Program-made: the position numbers and the translations under genes | Assembly: GCA_963842915.1 (NCBI GenBank) | Contig: CAWJII010000012.1 | Span: forward strand, 53,320-117,319 | DNA: 64,000 nucleotides | Direction: 5' to 3' | From: an uncultured delta proteobacterium | GTDB taxonomy: Bacteria > Myxococcota_A > Polyangia > Polyangiales > Houyiibacteriaceae | Notes under the pieces: generated by a model | What the model saw: the letters and a program-made list of their open reading frames with translations, nothing else | Database searches by the model: none | What the model was told of the DNA's origin: nothing | In this document: piece after piece, positions 1 to 10,888 of the stretch | Layout: each line of letters starts with the position of its first letter | Numbering within the stretch: position 1 is the stretch's first letter

Positions 1-481
1 CGACCTCGACAAGACCAACACGATGTCGATCAAGGGCACACCGCACTACCTGAGCCCCGAGGCAATCCAAGATCCCCAAGGGATCGACGCGCGAACCGAT
101 CTCTACGCCCTCGGCGCGGTCGGCTACTACCTGCTTTCGGGCCGTCACGTCTTCGACGGCAAGACGATCATGGAAGTCTGCCTGCACCACTTGCACACGA
201 AGCCCACCCCACTGTCGGAAGCCTCGTCCCTAGAAATCCCCGCCGGGCTGGAGGCACTCATCATGGCTTGCCTGCAGAAGGATCAGGCGGACCGGCCCGA
301 CTCGGGCCAAGAAATGGCCGACGCACTCGACCGTCTCGCGGTCGCTCGCTGGACCCGCACCGACGCCGAAGCCTGGTGGGACGCCTTCGGCAGTAACATC
401 GAGCGACGCAAAGAACCACTCCAGCCCAGCCCCACCGAACACACCGTCGCTATCGACCTAGGGGACAGGATCCAACGCTAA
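1..481 (+). CDS. Hanks-type Ser/Thr protein kinase, C-terminal part (5' truncated by window edge)
   Basis: GTPHYLSPE (subdomain VIII), DARTDLYALG (IX), and RP in DQADRPDS (XI); stop at 479-481. Confidence 0.9.
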   Translation, partial: DLDKTNTMSIKGTPHYLSPEAIQDPQGIDARTDLYALGAVGYYLLSGRHVFDGKTIMEVCLHHLHTKPTPLSEASSLEIPAGLEALIMACLQKDQADRPDSGQEMADALDRLAVARWTRTDAEAWWDAFGSNIERRKEPLQPSPTEHTVAIDLGDRIQR

Positions 482-652
482 GGGACACTCTCTACCCCCC
501 TAACTACTCGGAACCTATGGGTTTCTGCCGCAAAGATCGCAGCGGCTGGCGTCGCATCCACCGTGCACACCGAGACTGCGATACGCGGGCGCTGCGATCC
601 TTCGCTGAGAAGCTGGGTGATTCCATCCGGTTGGAGGCGTAGAGAGTGTCCC
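482..652. repeat. ~170-bp imperfect palindromic (rod-forming) intergenic element; REPIN/MITE-like or structured ncRNA
   Basis: Perfect 14-bp inverted repeat GGGACACTCTCTAC (482-495) / GTAGAGAGTGTCCC (639-652). Nested perfect 10-bp IR GATCGCAGCG (535-544) / CGCTGCGATC (590-599). Further nested pairs GGAA/TTCC and GTTTCT/AGAAGC. Confidence 0.65.
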
Positions 653-653
653 C

Positions 654-682
654 TTGACGGTTGGGGGGGTTGGGAGCAGAAT
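654..682 (+). promoter_or_regulatory. Putative sigma70 promoter of the ilv-leu operon
   Basis: TTGACG (654-659), 17-nt spacer, CAGAAT (677-682), directly upstream of the leader ORF. Confidence 0.6.
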
Positions 683-691
683 GGGCTGGTA

Positions 692-811
692 ATGGTTCGG
701 TACCCGATCGCTATGACTGATCCGACCGGCGCGCTTCGCGCGGACCTGGTTGGCGGTGTTGTAGTTGTAGTCGGCCTCATTATTAGCCTCCTGCTAGTTA
801 CGCAGGCATAG
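692..811 (+). CDS. ilvL: ilv-leu operon leader (attenuator) peptide; start at ATG 692 or ATG 713
   Basis: (MVRYPIA)MTDPTGALRADLVGGVVVVVGLIISLLLVTQA*. Runs of Val/Ile/Leu use A/T-ending codons unusual for this genome (GTT GTA GTT GTA GTC, ATT ATT, CTA), followed by antiterminator and terminator. Confidence 0.85.
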   Translation: MVRYPIAMTDPTGALRADLVGGVVVVVGLIISLLLVTQA

Positions 812-863
812 GCGGGGACCAGAACCAACCCACAGACCAACCCACTCAGTTTCTGGCCCTCGC
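812..863 (+). promoter_or_regulatory. Antiterminator (2:3) helix of the attenuator
   Basis: GCGGGGACCAGAA (812-824) pairs 12/13 (one G-U) with TTCTGGCCCTCGC (851-863), which overlaps the 5' arm of the terminator. Confidence 0.8.
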
Positions 864-886
864 ATCGAGCATGCGGGGGCTTTTTT
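856..886 (+). terminator. Rho-independent attenuator terminator (3:4)
   Basis: GCCCTCGCAT-CGAGC-ATGCGGGGGC 10-bp stem (one G-U) followed by TTTTTT. Confidence 0.9.
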
Positions 887-974
887 GTTGCCCTAGACCC
901 ATGACCAAACACTCACAGCGCAAAACTACAGCAACCTGGCAGATGGCAGGCGCGCGGCAGTTCCCCGTGCAAAC

Positions 975-1009
975 AGGCGCCCGGTCGGCGATCGACCCGG
1001 CGCCTTTTT
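975..1009 (+). terminator. Second terminator-like hairpin in the ilvB 5' region
   Basis: AGGCGCCCGGTCG (975-987) / CGACCCGGCGCCT (993-1005), 12/13 paired, 5-nt loop, T-run at 1005-1009. Confidence 0.5.
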
Positions 1010-1082
1010 CGCGCAAAGCGCGCCGCTTGAATGACGCCTCAAATCAACTAGTTGGAGCCAGCCAGCAACGAAGGAGACCCTC

Positions 1083-2854
1083 GTGACACCCGCCAATCCT
1101 AAGCTGAAGAATCGTATCGGCGAATCGCTTTCCGGAGCCCAAATCATCTGGGAAGCCCTCGTACGCGAGGGGGTCGAGGTCTGCTTCGGTTATCCGGGTG
1201 GCGCGATCATGCCGGCATACGACGCGATGATCGAATACCCGATCCATCACGTGCTCACGCGCCACGAGCAGGGCGCCTCGCACATGGCCGACGGCTACGC
1301 CCGCGCTTCGGGCAGAGTCGGCTGCTGCATCGCGACTTCCGGCCCGGGCGCAACCAACCTGGTGACCGGCATCGCCACAGCGATGCTCGACTCGATCCCG
1401 ATGGTCTGTATCACCGGGCAGGTTCCGTCGCAGCTCATCGGCAGCGACGCATTCCAGGAAACCGACATCACCGGCTGCACCATCCCGGTCACCAAGCACA
1501 ACTACCTGGTGACCAAGCCAGAGCAGATCGCGCCGACGATTCGAGAAGCGTTCTACATCGCGAGCTCGGGCCGACCGGGACCTGTCCTCGTCGACATCAC
1601 CAAGGATGCGCAGCAGCAAAGCTGTGTCTTCGAGTGGAGCGATGACGAGATCGTGCTCCCCGGCTACCGTCCCGACTATGCGCCACTCGCGGAGCAGATC
1701 GAGGACGCAGTGGACCTCATCAAAGACGCCAAGCGGCCGATAATCTTTGCAGGCCACGGCATCATCAAGGCGGAGGCGACCGAGGCTCTCACGGAATTCG
1801 TCGAAAAGACAAACATACCGGTCGCATGCACCCTGCTCGGCCTTGGCGGATTTCCGGCCAACCATCCTCAAAACCTCGGCATGATGGGAATGCACGGAGA
1901 GACCTGGGTCAACAAGGCCATTCAGGAAGCGGACTTGATCATCGCTGTCGGCATGCGCTTCGACGACCGGGTGACAGGAAATCTCAAGACCTACGCCCAG
2001 ACCGCCAAGAAGATCCACATCGAGCTCGACCCCGCCGAGATCAACAAGAACGTCCATGCAGATGTGCCGATTGTCGGAGACGCACGCGAGGTTCTAGAAG
2101 AGCTGATGCCACATGTCGGCAACATCGACCGCCCCGATTGGCTCGCGTACATCGACGAAATCAAGGGCGACTCGGCTGTGAGAGACATCAAGAACCTGCC
2201 CGATCTGGGCAAGCTCTACGCCGCCCACGTCATCCACGACCTCTACCGCTTCACCGATGGGAAGGCGCTGGTCGTCACCGACGTCGGTCAGCACCAGATG
2301 TGGGAAGCCCAGTATTACAAGCACGACTACCCGCGAAAGCTGCTCACATCGGGAGGGCTCGGCACGATGGGCTTTGCGCTGCCGGCCGCTATCGGTGCGA
2401 AGTTCGCCAAGCCCGGTGAATCCGTCTGGGTCGTCTGCGGCGACGGTGGCTTCCAAATGACGCAGGCCGAGCTGTCGACCTGTGCACAGGAGGGCATCAA
2501 GGTCAACGTGGCCATCATTAACAACGGCTTCCTCGGTATGGTGCGCCAGTGGCAGGAGTTCTTCTTCGGCGGCCGGTACGTTGCGACGCCGATGCTGAGC
2601 CCCGACTTCGTCAAGATCGCCGAAGCCCACGCCTTGACCGGCATTCGCGTCGAGAAACGGTCGGAGGTCGAGGCAGCCGTTCGGAAGGCGGAAGCGACCA
2701 AGGGCACCGTGGTCATCGATTTTCGGGTCGAGCAGGAAGATGCCGTTTACCCGATGGTACCGGCCGGCGCGACTCTCGGCGACATGATCCAACGGCCGAA
2801 CAAGCCTGGCACTCAGGAACACAACCCGATCTTCGAGACAGGGGAGGACAAATA

Positions 2855-2855
<1 letters not shown>
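1083..2855 (+). CDS. ilvB: Acetolactate synthase large (catalytic) subunit
   Basis: FGYPGGAIMP, RHEQGA, TSGPGATN, SGGLGTMG, GDGGFQM and NNGFLGMVRQWQ ThDP motifs; GTG start with AAGGAG SD. Confidence 0.97.
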
Positions 2856-4437
<1,582 letters not shown>

Positions 4438-4475
4438 CAAAGGCGTCGCCGGCAGCGGCGCCAGGAGAATGAATC

Positions 4476-6113
4476 ATGCAGCTCGATCACGTACGGATTT
4501 TCGACACAACGCTCCGAGATGGAGAGCAATCACCTGGCGCGACGATGACCTCGTCGGAAAAGCTAGAGGTGGCGAAGACCCTATCGCGACTGGGCGTGGA
4601 TGTGATTGAAGCGGGCTTCGCGGCCGCTTCTCCCGATGATTTGCGAGCGGTGAAGAACATCGCAGAGGCCGTGGGTGTGACGGGCGTCGAAGGGCGCCCT
4701 GCTCCCGAGCCACCGACCATTTGCAGCCTGGCGCGAGCCCACAAGCCAGACATCGACAAGGCCGCTGAAGCAGTGGCGCCGGCCAAGCATGGCCGAATCC
4801 ACACTTTCCTCGCGACCTCTCCGATCCATCGCGAGCACAAGCTCCGGATGAGCCGAGACCAGGTGCTCGCGAAGATCAGCGAGATGGTTGCGTACGCGCG
4901 GAGCTTCTGTGAGGACGTCGAATTCAGCCCGGAGGATGCCGGACGAACCGAGATGGATTTTCTCTATGAGGCCTTGCAGGCAGCCATCGAGGCCGGCGCG
5001 AGCACTCTGAACATCCCGGACACGGTCGGCTACACGATTCCCGAGGAGTTCGGCGGGCGCATCGCGCTGCTTCAGGAGAACGTGCCGGGCATCGAGAAGG
5101 CTGTGATCAGCGTGCACTGCCACAACGACCTCGGCTTGGCGGTCGCCAACAGCCTCTCCGCGGTCCAGCACGGCGCGCGCCAGGTGGAGGTTGCGATCAA
5201 CGGAATCGGTGAACGTGCCGGTAACGCTTCGCTCGAAGAGGTTGTGATGGCGCTCAAGGTCCGGCGCGATCTTTATGGCATCGAAACCAAGGTCGACAGC
5301 ACGCAGCTCACACGCGCGAGCCGTTTGGTCAGCAAGGTGACCGGCATGGTGGTGCAGCCGAACAAGGCCATCGTGGGCGCAAATGCCTTTGCGCACGAGG
5401 CCGGCATTCACCAGGACGGCATGCTCAAGCACGAGGAGACGTACGAGATCATGCGTCCAGAAACCGTGGGTGCAGGCAAGACGCAGCTGGTCCTCGGCAA
5501 GCACTCCGGTCGGCATGCGTTCGCGAATCGCTTGGTCGAGCTTGGATACCCTGTATCGGGCGACGGTCTCGACAAAGCGTTTGCCCGCTTCAAGAAGCTC
5601 GCCGACAAAAAGAAGCTCATCACCGACGCCGACTTGTTGGCCTTGATCAGCGACGAGCTCTACCAGCCCAAAGAGTTCTGGCGGCTCGAGAAGATCCAGG
5701 TTGGCTGCGGCACTGGAATGCCCACCGCAACGGTTCGGCTCACCGGACCGGACGGAACGATCTCAACCGCCGCGGAGGTCGGAACGGGCCCTGTCGACGC
5801 CGTATATAAGGCCATTCAGTCGCTCGTGCACGTGCCCGCGACCCTGCTCGAGTACACCGTTCAGTCGGTGACTGAGGGCATCGACGCGCTCGGCGAGGTA
5901 AGCGTGCGAGTCGCCCCGCATGAAGACGATACACCGAACGACAGGATCAACCCGCAGTACGAGCACTCGCGCGCGCGGGTGTTCCACGGCCATGGAGCGC
6001 ATACCGACGTCATCGTCGCAAGCGCCAAGGCCTATCTCGCAGCGATCAACCGCATCCTCGCGATAAGAGAAGCGAAGCAAATCGATAGCAATGCAGCCGG
6101 AAGCGCTGCGTAA
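4476..6113 (+). CDS. leuA: 2-isopropylmalate synthase
   Basis: [45 protein letters not shown]; C-terminal regulatory GPVDA. Confidence 0.96.
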   Translation: MQLDHVRIFDTTLRDGEQSPGATMTSSEKLEVAKTLSRLGVDVIEAGFAAASPDDLRAVKNIAEAVGVTGVEGRPAPEPPTICSLARAHKPDIDKAAEAVAPAKHGRIHTFLATSPIHREHKLRMSRDQVLAKISEMVAYARSFCEDVEFSPEDAGRTEMDFLYEALQAAIEAGASTLNIPDTVGYTIPEEFGGRIALLQENVPGIEKAVISVHCHNDLGLAVANSLSAVQHGARQVEVAINGIGERAGNASLEEVVMALKVRRDLYGIETKVDSTQLTRASRLVSKVTGMVVQPNKAIVGANAFAHEAGIHQDGMLKHEETYEIMRPETVGAGKTQLVLGKHSGRHAFANRLVELGYPVSGDGLDKAFARFKKLADKKKLITDADLLALISDELYQPKEFWRLEKIQVGCGTGMPTATVRLTGPDGTISTAAEVGTGPVDAVYKAIQSLVHVPATLLEYTVQSVTEGIDALGEVSVRVAPHEDDTPNDRINPQYEHSRARVFHGHGAHTDVIVASAKAYLAAINRILAIREAKQIDSNAAGSAA

Positions 6114-6121
6114 CGAGCATC

Positions 6122-7531
6122 ATGGAACCAAGAACACTATTTCAGAAGGTTTGGGACGCGCATGTCGTCGTTCAGGAGCCGGACAGGCCGGCGGTCCTCT
6201 ACATTGACCTGCAGCTCATTCACGAGGTGACATCTCCGCAGGCGTTCACCGGGCTTCGGGAGCGCGGCCTCAAGGTGCGACGTCCGGACAAGACCATCGC
6301 GACGATGGACCATTCGACGCCTACCCTGCCCAAGGCTCTGTGGGTGATCGATGACCAGGCGAAGGCGCAACTCGGGCAGCTGGAGGCCAACTGTAAGGAG
6401 TTCGGGATCGAGCTCTACGCACTCGGCGATAGCAGAAATGGGATTGTGCACGTCATTGGACCTGAGCGCGGCTTCACGCAGCCAGGAAAGACGATTGTTT
6501 GCGGCGACAGCCATACGTCGACGCACGGGGCCTTTGGCGCCCTCGCGTTTGGCATCGGGACCAGCGAGGTCGAGCACGTGCTGGCCACGCAGTGCCTCCT
6601 GCAACGGAAGGCCAAGACCCTCGAAGTTAGGATCGACGGACAGCTGATGCCCGGCGTCACCGCAAAGGACATCATCTTGGCGCTTTGCGCGAAGATCGGA
6701 ACCGACGGCGGCACCGGATACGTCATCGAGTTCACGGGCTCAGCGATCCGTGCGCTCGACATGGAAGGCCGAATGACGGTCTGCAACATGAGCATCGAAG
6801 CGGGCGCGCGTGCTGGCATGATCGCCCCTGACGAAACGACTTTCGAGTATCTCAAGGGACGCGATCGGGTGCCGCAGGGCGCCGACTGGGACACAGCCGT
6901 CGAACGCTGGAGGCAGCTTCGCACCGACGAAGGCGCGACTTTCGACAAGACCGTTGTCATCGACGCCAACAAGCTCGAACCGATGATCACCTACGGCACG
7001 AACCCGGGTATGGGCATGCAAATCAGCGAACCCATGCCGACCACGGTGGCGTTCGACGACGCTTCGCAGCGCGCTGCTTTCGACAAAGCGATGGGGTACA
7101 TGGATCTCGAGCCCGGGCAACCACTGCTCGGCAAGAAGATCGACGTGGTCTTCATCGGATCGTGCACCAACTCGCGCATCAGCGACCTCCGCATGGCCGC
7201 TGGGGTGTTCAGCGGGCGCAAGGTGGCCGAAGGGGTGCGAACACTCGTCGTTCCCGGCTCCCACGACATCAAGAAGCAGGCCGAAGCCGAGGGGCTTGAC
7301 CAGATCTTCAAAGAAGCAGGCGCCGAATGGCGTGAACCCGGTTGCTCCATGTGCATCGCTATGAACGGCGACAACCTCGAGCCCGGCCAGTACGCGGTCA
7401 GCACCTCGAACCGCAACTTCGAAGGGCGACAGGGCAAGGGCGGTCGCACCTTCCTCGCGTCTCCACTCACCGCGGCGGCGGCGGCAGTGACCGGTGAAGT
7501 CACCGACCCACGGAGCTTGCTCCTTTCTTGA
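6122..7531 (+). CDS. leuC: 3-isopropylmalate dehydratase large subunit
   Basis: [53 protein letters not shown]. Confidence 0.97.
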   Translation: MEPRTLFQKVWDAHVVVQEPDRPAVLYIDLQLIHEVTSPQAFTGLRERGLKVRRPDKTIATMDHSTPTLPKALWVIDDQAKAQLGQLEANCKEFGIELYALGDSRNGIVHVIGPERGFTQPGKTIVCGDSHTSTHGAFGALAFGIGTSEVEHVLATQCLLQRKAKTLEVRIDGQLMPGVTAKDIILALCAKIGTDGGTGYVIEFTGSAIRALDMEGRMTVCNMSIEAGARAGMIAPDETTFEYLKGRDRVPQGADWDTAVERWRQLRTDEGATFDKTVVIDANKLEPMITYGTNPGMGMQISEPMPTTVAFDDASQRAAFDKAMGYMDLEPGQPLLGKKIDVVFIGSCTNSRISDLRMAAGVFSGRKVAEGVRTLVVPGSHDIKKQAEAEGLDQIFKEAGAEWREPGCSMCIAMNGDNLEPGQYAVSTSNRNFEGRQGKGGRTFLASPLTAAAAAVTGEVTDPRSLLLS

Positions 7532-7542
7532 AAGGCTGAGTC

Positions 7543-8130
7543 ATGGCAAAGTTCACCACACTGACCTCGCATGCCGTTCCTCTCCCCGAAGAGAACGTCG
7601 ACACGGACCAGATCATCCCGGCTCGCTTTCTCAAGGTGACCGACAAGAACGGACTTGGCGACAGCCTCTTCTGTGACTGGCGCTACCTCAAGGATGGCTC
7701 GAACAACCCGGACTTCGTTCTCAATGAACAAGCGTCACAGGGCGCGAAGATCCTCATCGCGGGCAACAACTTCGGGAGCGGATCTTCGCGTGAGCACGCG
7801 CCCTGGGCACTGGTCGGCTGGGGATTCAGAGCAATCATTTCCACAGGCTTCGCGGATATCTTCAAAAGCAACTCCCTGAAGAACGGTCTGCTGCCGGTCG
7901 AAGTCAGCACCGATTTCTACAAGGCCCTGATGGAGGCGGTTCAGCTCGACCGTTCCACCACGATCACGATCGACCTACCGACCCAGTCAGTGACAGGCCT
8001 CGGCAGCCTCGAAGCGACCTTCCCGATCGACGCTTTCTCCAAGCATTGCCTGCTCAAAGGCATGGACCAGCTTGGGTATCTCCTTTCGTTCGACGATCAG
8101 ATCACGAGCTATGAGCAACAACGGACATAA
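7543..8130 (+). CDS. leuD: 3-isopropylmalate dehydratase small subunit
   Basis: NVDTDQIIPARFLK, NFGSGSSREHAPWAL, FADIF. Confidence 0.96.
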   Translation: MAKFTTLTSHAVPLPEENVDTDQIIPARFLKVTDKNGLGDSLFCDWRYLKDGSNNPDFVLNEQASQGAKILIAGNNFGSGSSREHAPWALVGWGFRAIISTGFADIFKSNSLKNGLLPVEVSTDFYKALMEAVQLDRSTTITIDLPTQSVTGLGSLEATFPIDAFSKHCLLKGMDQLGYLLSFDDQITSYEQQRT

Positions 8131-9742
8131 GAGCTCCGGCCCCGTCGTAGAGGTCTACGACACCACTCTGCGTGACGGCACGCAGATGGAAGGCATGAGT
8201 CTGTCCTGCGACGACAAGCTTCGGATCGCAGAGTACTTGGATTCGCTCGGCGTGACCTTCGTCGAAGGCGGCTGGCCCGGCTCGAATCCCAAAGACGTCG
8301 AGTTCTTCGAGCGCGCGAAAGACGTGGATTGGAAGCATGTAACGCTCGCGGCGTTCGGCTCGACCTGCCGCGCACAGCTCCGCGCCGAAGACGACCCACA
8401 GCTTCAGACTCTAATCGCGGCAGAGACCCCGGTCTGCACCATCTTCGGCAAGACCTGGAACATGCACGTGACGGAGGTCCTGCGGACCAACCTCGATGAG
8501 AACCTTCGCATGGTCGAGGAGAGCGTCGCCTTTCTCAAGCAGAGCGGGCGCCGAGTGATCTACGATGCAGAGCACTTCTTCGACGGCTACAAGTCCGACG
8601 CTAGCTATGCAATTGAGACGCTGCGAGCCGCTGCGCGGGGCGGCGCCGAAACCTTGGCACTCTGCGACACGAACGGCGGCTCGATGCCCTGGGAGATCGA
8701 GGAAATGATCCATGCCGTGCACAAGGCTCTCCCAGGGGCGCGGCTCGGCATTCACGCCCACAACGACGGCGAGTGCGGCGTCGCCAACTCCGTAGCGGCC
8801 ATTCGCGCGGGTGCGCGTCACGTTCAAGGCACCATCAACGGCTACGGGGAGCGATGCGGCAATGCGAACCTGTGCTCGATCATTCCGGATCTGGAGCTCA
8901 AGTTGGGACTTCTCTGCCTCCCCGGGGGCGGACTCGAGCAGCTCTACGACCTTGCCCACTTCGTCGCCGAGATCGCAAACCTGAGCCCGAACGATCACGC
9001 TGCGTACGTGGGTCGCAGCGCGTTCGCACACAAGGGAGGCGTTCACGTTTCGGCGATCCGCCGTCATCCCGAGTCATACGAGCACATCAACCCCACCCTC
9101 GTCGGCAACGAGTCGCGTGTCGTCGTGAGCGAGCTATCGGGGCGAAGCAACCTGCTCAGCAAGGCCGAAGAGCTCGGCCTGGAGGTTAGCTCAGATAGCG
9201 GCGGGCGTGTCCTCGAGAGGATCAAGGAGCTCGAATCCAAAGGCTTCGCCTACGAAGCAGCAGAGGCCTCGGTCGCCGTCCTGATGGCGCGTCACCAGGC
9301 GGACTACGAAGCTCCGTTCGAGGTGCTCGACTTCCAAGCCGGCGTCGGGCGACGTCGCGGCGGCGGCATGTTCGCCGAGGCTACGGTGAAAGTGCGGATC
9401 GGAGATGAGGTCGTGCACACCGCAGGTGAAGGCAACGGCCCTGTGAGCGCCCTCGACTCCGCGCTGCGCAAGGCCTTGCGACCGTTCTTCCCCGAGGTCG
9501 CCGACATGCACCTCACTGACTACAAGGTCCGCATTCTCGACGGAAGGAGTGGAACCGGCGCCACCACGAGGGTGCTCATCGACAGCCAATCGTCCTACGA
9601 CAACTGGAGCACGGTCGGCGCATCGAGCAACATCATCGAAGCCTCACTGCAAGCACTGGTCGACAGCATCGAGTATGGGCTTTCGCTGGAACGCGCGAGA
9701 GTCGACAACAGGCAGCCGGAAGCCCCGGTCGCCCGGACTTAG
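8111..9742 (+). CDS. cimA: Citramalate synthase (bacterial CimA-type DRE-TIM)
   Basis: YDTTLRDGTQ, EGGWPGSNPKD, IYDAEHFFDG, CDTNGG, GYGERCGNANL, SAFAHKGGVH, DYKVRIL: the CimA rather than LeuA signature. ATG at 8111 overlaps the leuD end. Confidence 0.9.
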   Translation: MSNNGHKSSGPVVEVYDTTLRDGTQMEGMSLSCDDKLRIAEYLDSLGVTFVEGGWPGSNPKDVEFFERAKDVDWKHVTLAAFGSTCRAQLRAEDDPQLQTLIAAETPVCTIFGKTWNMHVTEVLRTNLDENLRMVEESVAFLKQSGRRVIYDAEHFFDGYKSDASYAIETLRAAARGGAETLALCDTNGGSMPWEIEEMIHAVHKALPGARLGIHAHNDGECGVANSVAAIRAGARHVQGTINGYGERCGNANLCSIIPDLELKLGLLCLPGGGLEQLYDLAHFVAEIANLSPNDHAAYVGRSAFAHKGGVHVSAIRRHPESYEHINPTLVGNESRVVVSELSGRSNLLSKAEELGLEVSSDSGGRVLERIKELESKGFAYEAAEASVAVLMARHQADYEAPFEVLDFQAGVGRRRGGGMFAEATVKVRIGDEVVHTAGEGNGPVSALDSALRKALRPFFPEVADMHLTDYKVRILDGRSGTGATTRVLIDSQSSYDNWSTVGASSNIIEASLQALVDSIEYGLSLERARVDNRQPEAPVART

Positions 9743-9798
9743 CCATTGCCCTCAAGACGCAGGCCGTGCATCATGGCCGGCCGCACAGGTAACAGGAC

Positions 9799-10875
9799 AT
9801 GAAAGCCAAGATTACACTTCTTCCCGGCGACGGCATTGGCCCCGAAATCGTCGATGCGACTCGCCAAGTGCTTGAATCAATCGCGAGCAAGTCGGGTCAC
9901 ACATTCACGTTTTCGACGCACCTCATCGGTGGCATCGCAATCGACGAAACGGGCGTGCCACTGCCTGACGACACCATCGCTGGCTGTCGGAGTGCAGACG
10001 CTGTTCTGCTTGGCGCCGTAGGCGGGCCTAAATGGGACGATCCGACGGCCAAGGTTCGCCCCGAGCAAGGACTACTCGGAATGCGAAAAGCCCTGAAGCT
10101 TTTTGCTAATGTTCGTCCCGTGAAGCTCTTCCGCGGGCTCGAAGCAGCCTCCCCCCTCAAGGCGGAGCGACTCCGTGGCGTCGATCTAGTGTTCATTCGC
10201 GAGCTGACCGGCGGAATCTATTTCGGGCAACCCAAGGGCAAGGAGACCCGAAATGGCCTCCGCACGGGATTCGATACCATGGTGTACGACGAGAGCGAGA
10301 TTCGCCGCATCGTCGCGCTCGCGTTCGAAGTCGCCCGGAAACGCGGTGGGCACGTCACCTCCATCGACAAGGCCAATGTGCTCACGACGATGCAGGTCTG
10401 GCGCGAAGTCGCAACCGAGGTAGGCAAGGAGAACCCCGACGTTCGGCTCGACCACCAGCTGGTCGACTCGGCGGCCATGCGGCTCGTCACCGATCCGTCT
10501 TCGTTCGACGTCATCGTGAGCGGCAACATGTTCGGCGACATTCTCTCAGACGAGGGAGCCGTCTTGACCGGTTCACTCGGTTTGCTCCCGAGCGCGTCGC
10601 TCGGTGAAGGGACACTTGGAGTGTACGAGCCGATCCACGGCTCGGCGCCCGACATCGCCGGCAAGGGCATCGCAAACCCCCTCGGCACGATTCTGAGCGC
10701 CGCGATGCTGCTACGGCACAGCCTCAACCTCGACGAGGAAGCGAAAACGATCGAAGACGCCGTCCAGAAGGTTCTCGACAGTGGGCTCCGGACGGCAGAT
10801 TTGAGCGGCGGGCAGCGTTCGCTCGGGACGACGGAGATGGCAGGCGCAGTCGTGGCTGCCATCGAAGGCGCCTAA
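9799..10875 (+). CDS. leuB: 3-isopropylmalate dehydrogenase
   Basis: LPGDGIGPE, GAVGGPKWD, RELTGGIYFG, DKANVL, NMFGDILSDE, EPIHGSAPDIAGKG. Confidence 0.97.
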   Translation: MKAKITLLPGDGIGPEIVDATRQVLESIASKSGHTFTFSTHLIGGIAIDETGVPLPDDTIAGCRSADAVLLGAVGGPKWDDPTAKVRPEQGLLGMRKALKLFANVRPVKLFRGLEAASPLKAERLRGVDLVFIRELTGGIYFGQPKGKETRNGLRTGFDTMVYDESEIRRIVALAFEVARKRGGHVTSIDKANVLTTMQVWREVATEVGKENPDVRLDHQLVDSAAMRLVTDPSSFDVIVSGNMFGDILSDEGAVLTGSLGLLPSASLGEGTLGVYEPIHGSAPDIAGKGIANPLGTILSAAMLLRHSLNLDEEAKTIEDAVQKVLDSGLRTADLSGGQRSLGTTEMAGAVVAAIEGA

Positions 10876-10888
10876 CGAAAGGAACGCC

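Noticed and set aside
482-652. 6S RNA or tRNA identity for the palindrome
   Set aside because: No large central bubble, no room for its own upstream promoter, and no cloverleaf or T-loop motif; kept only as an unclassified structured element.
563-691. 5' extension of the leader ORF (82-aa ORF from 563)
   Set aside because: It lies upstream of and across the predicted promoter; only the part from 692 or 713 fits an attenuator.
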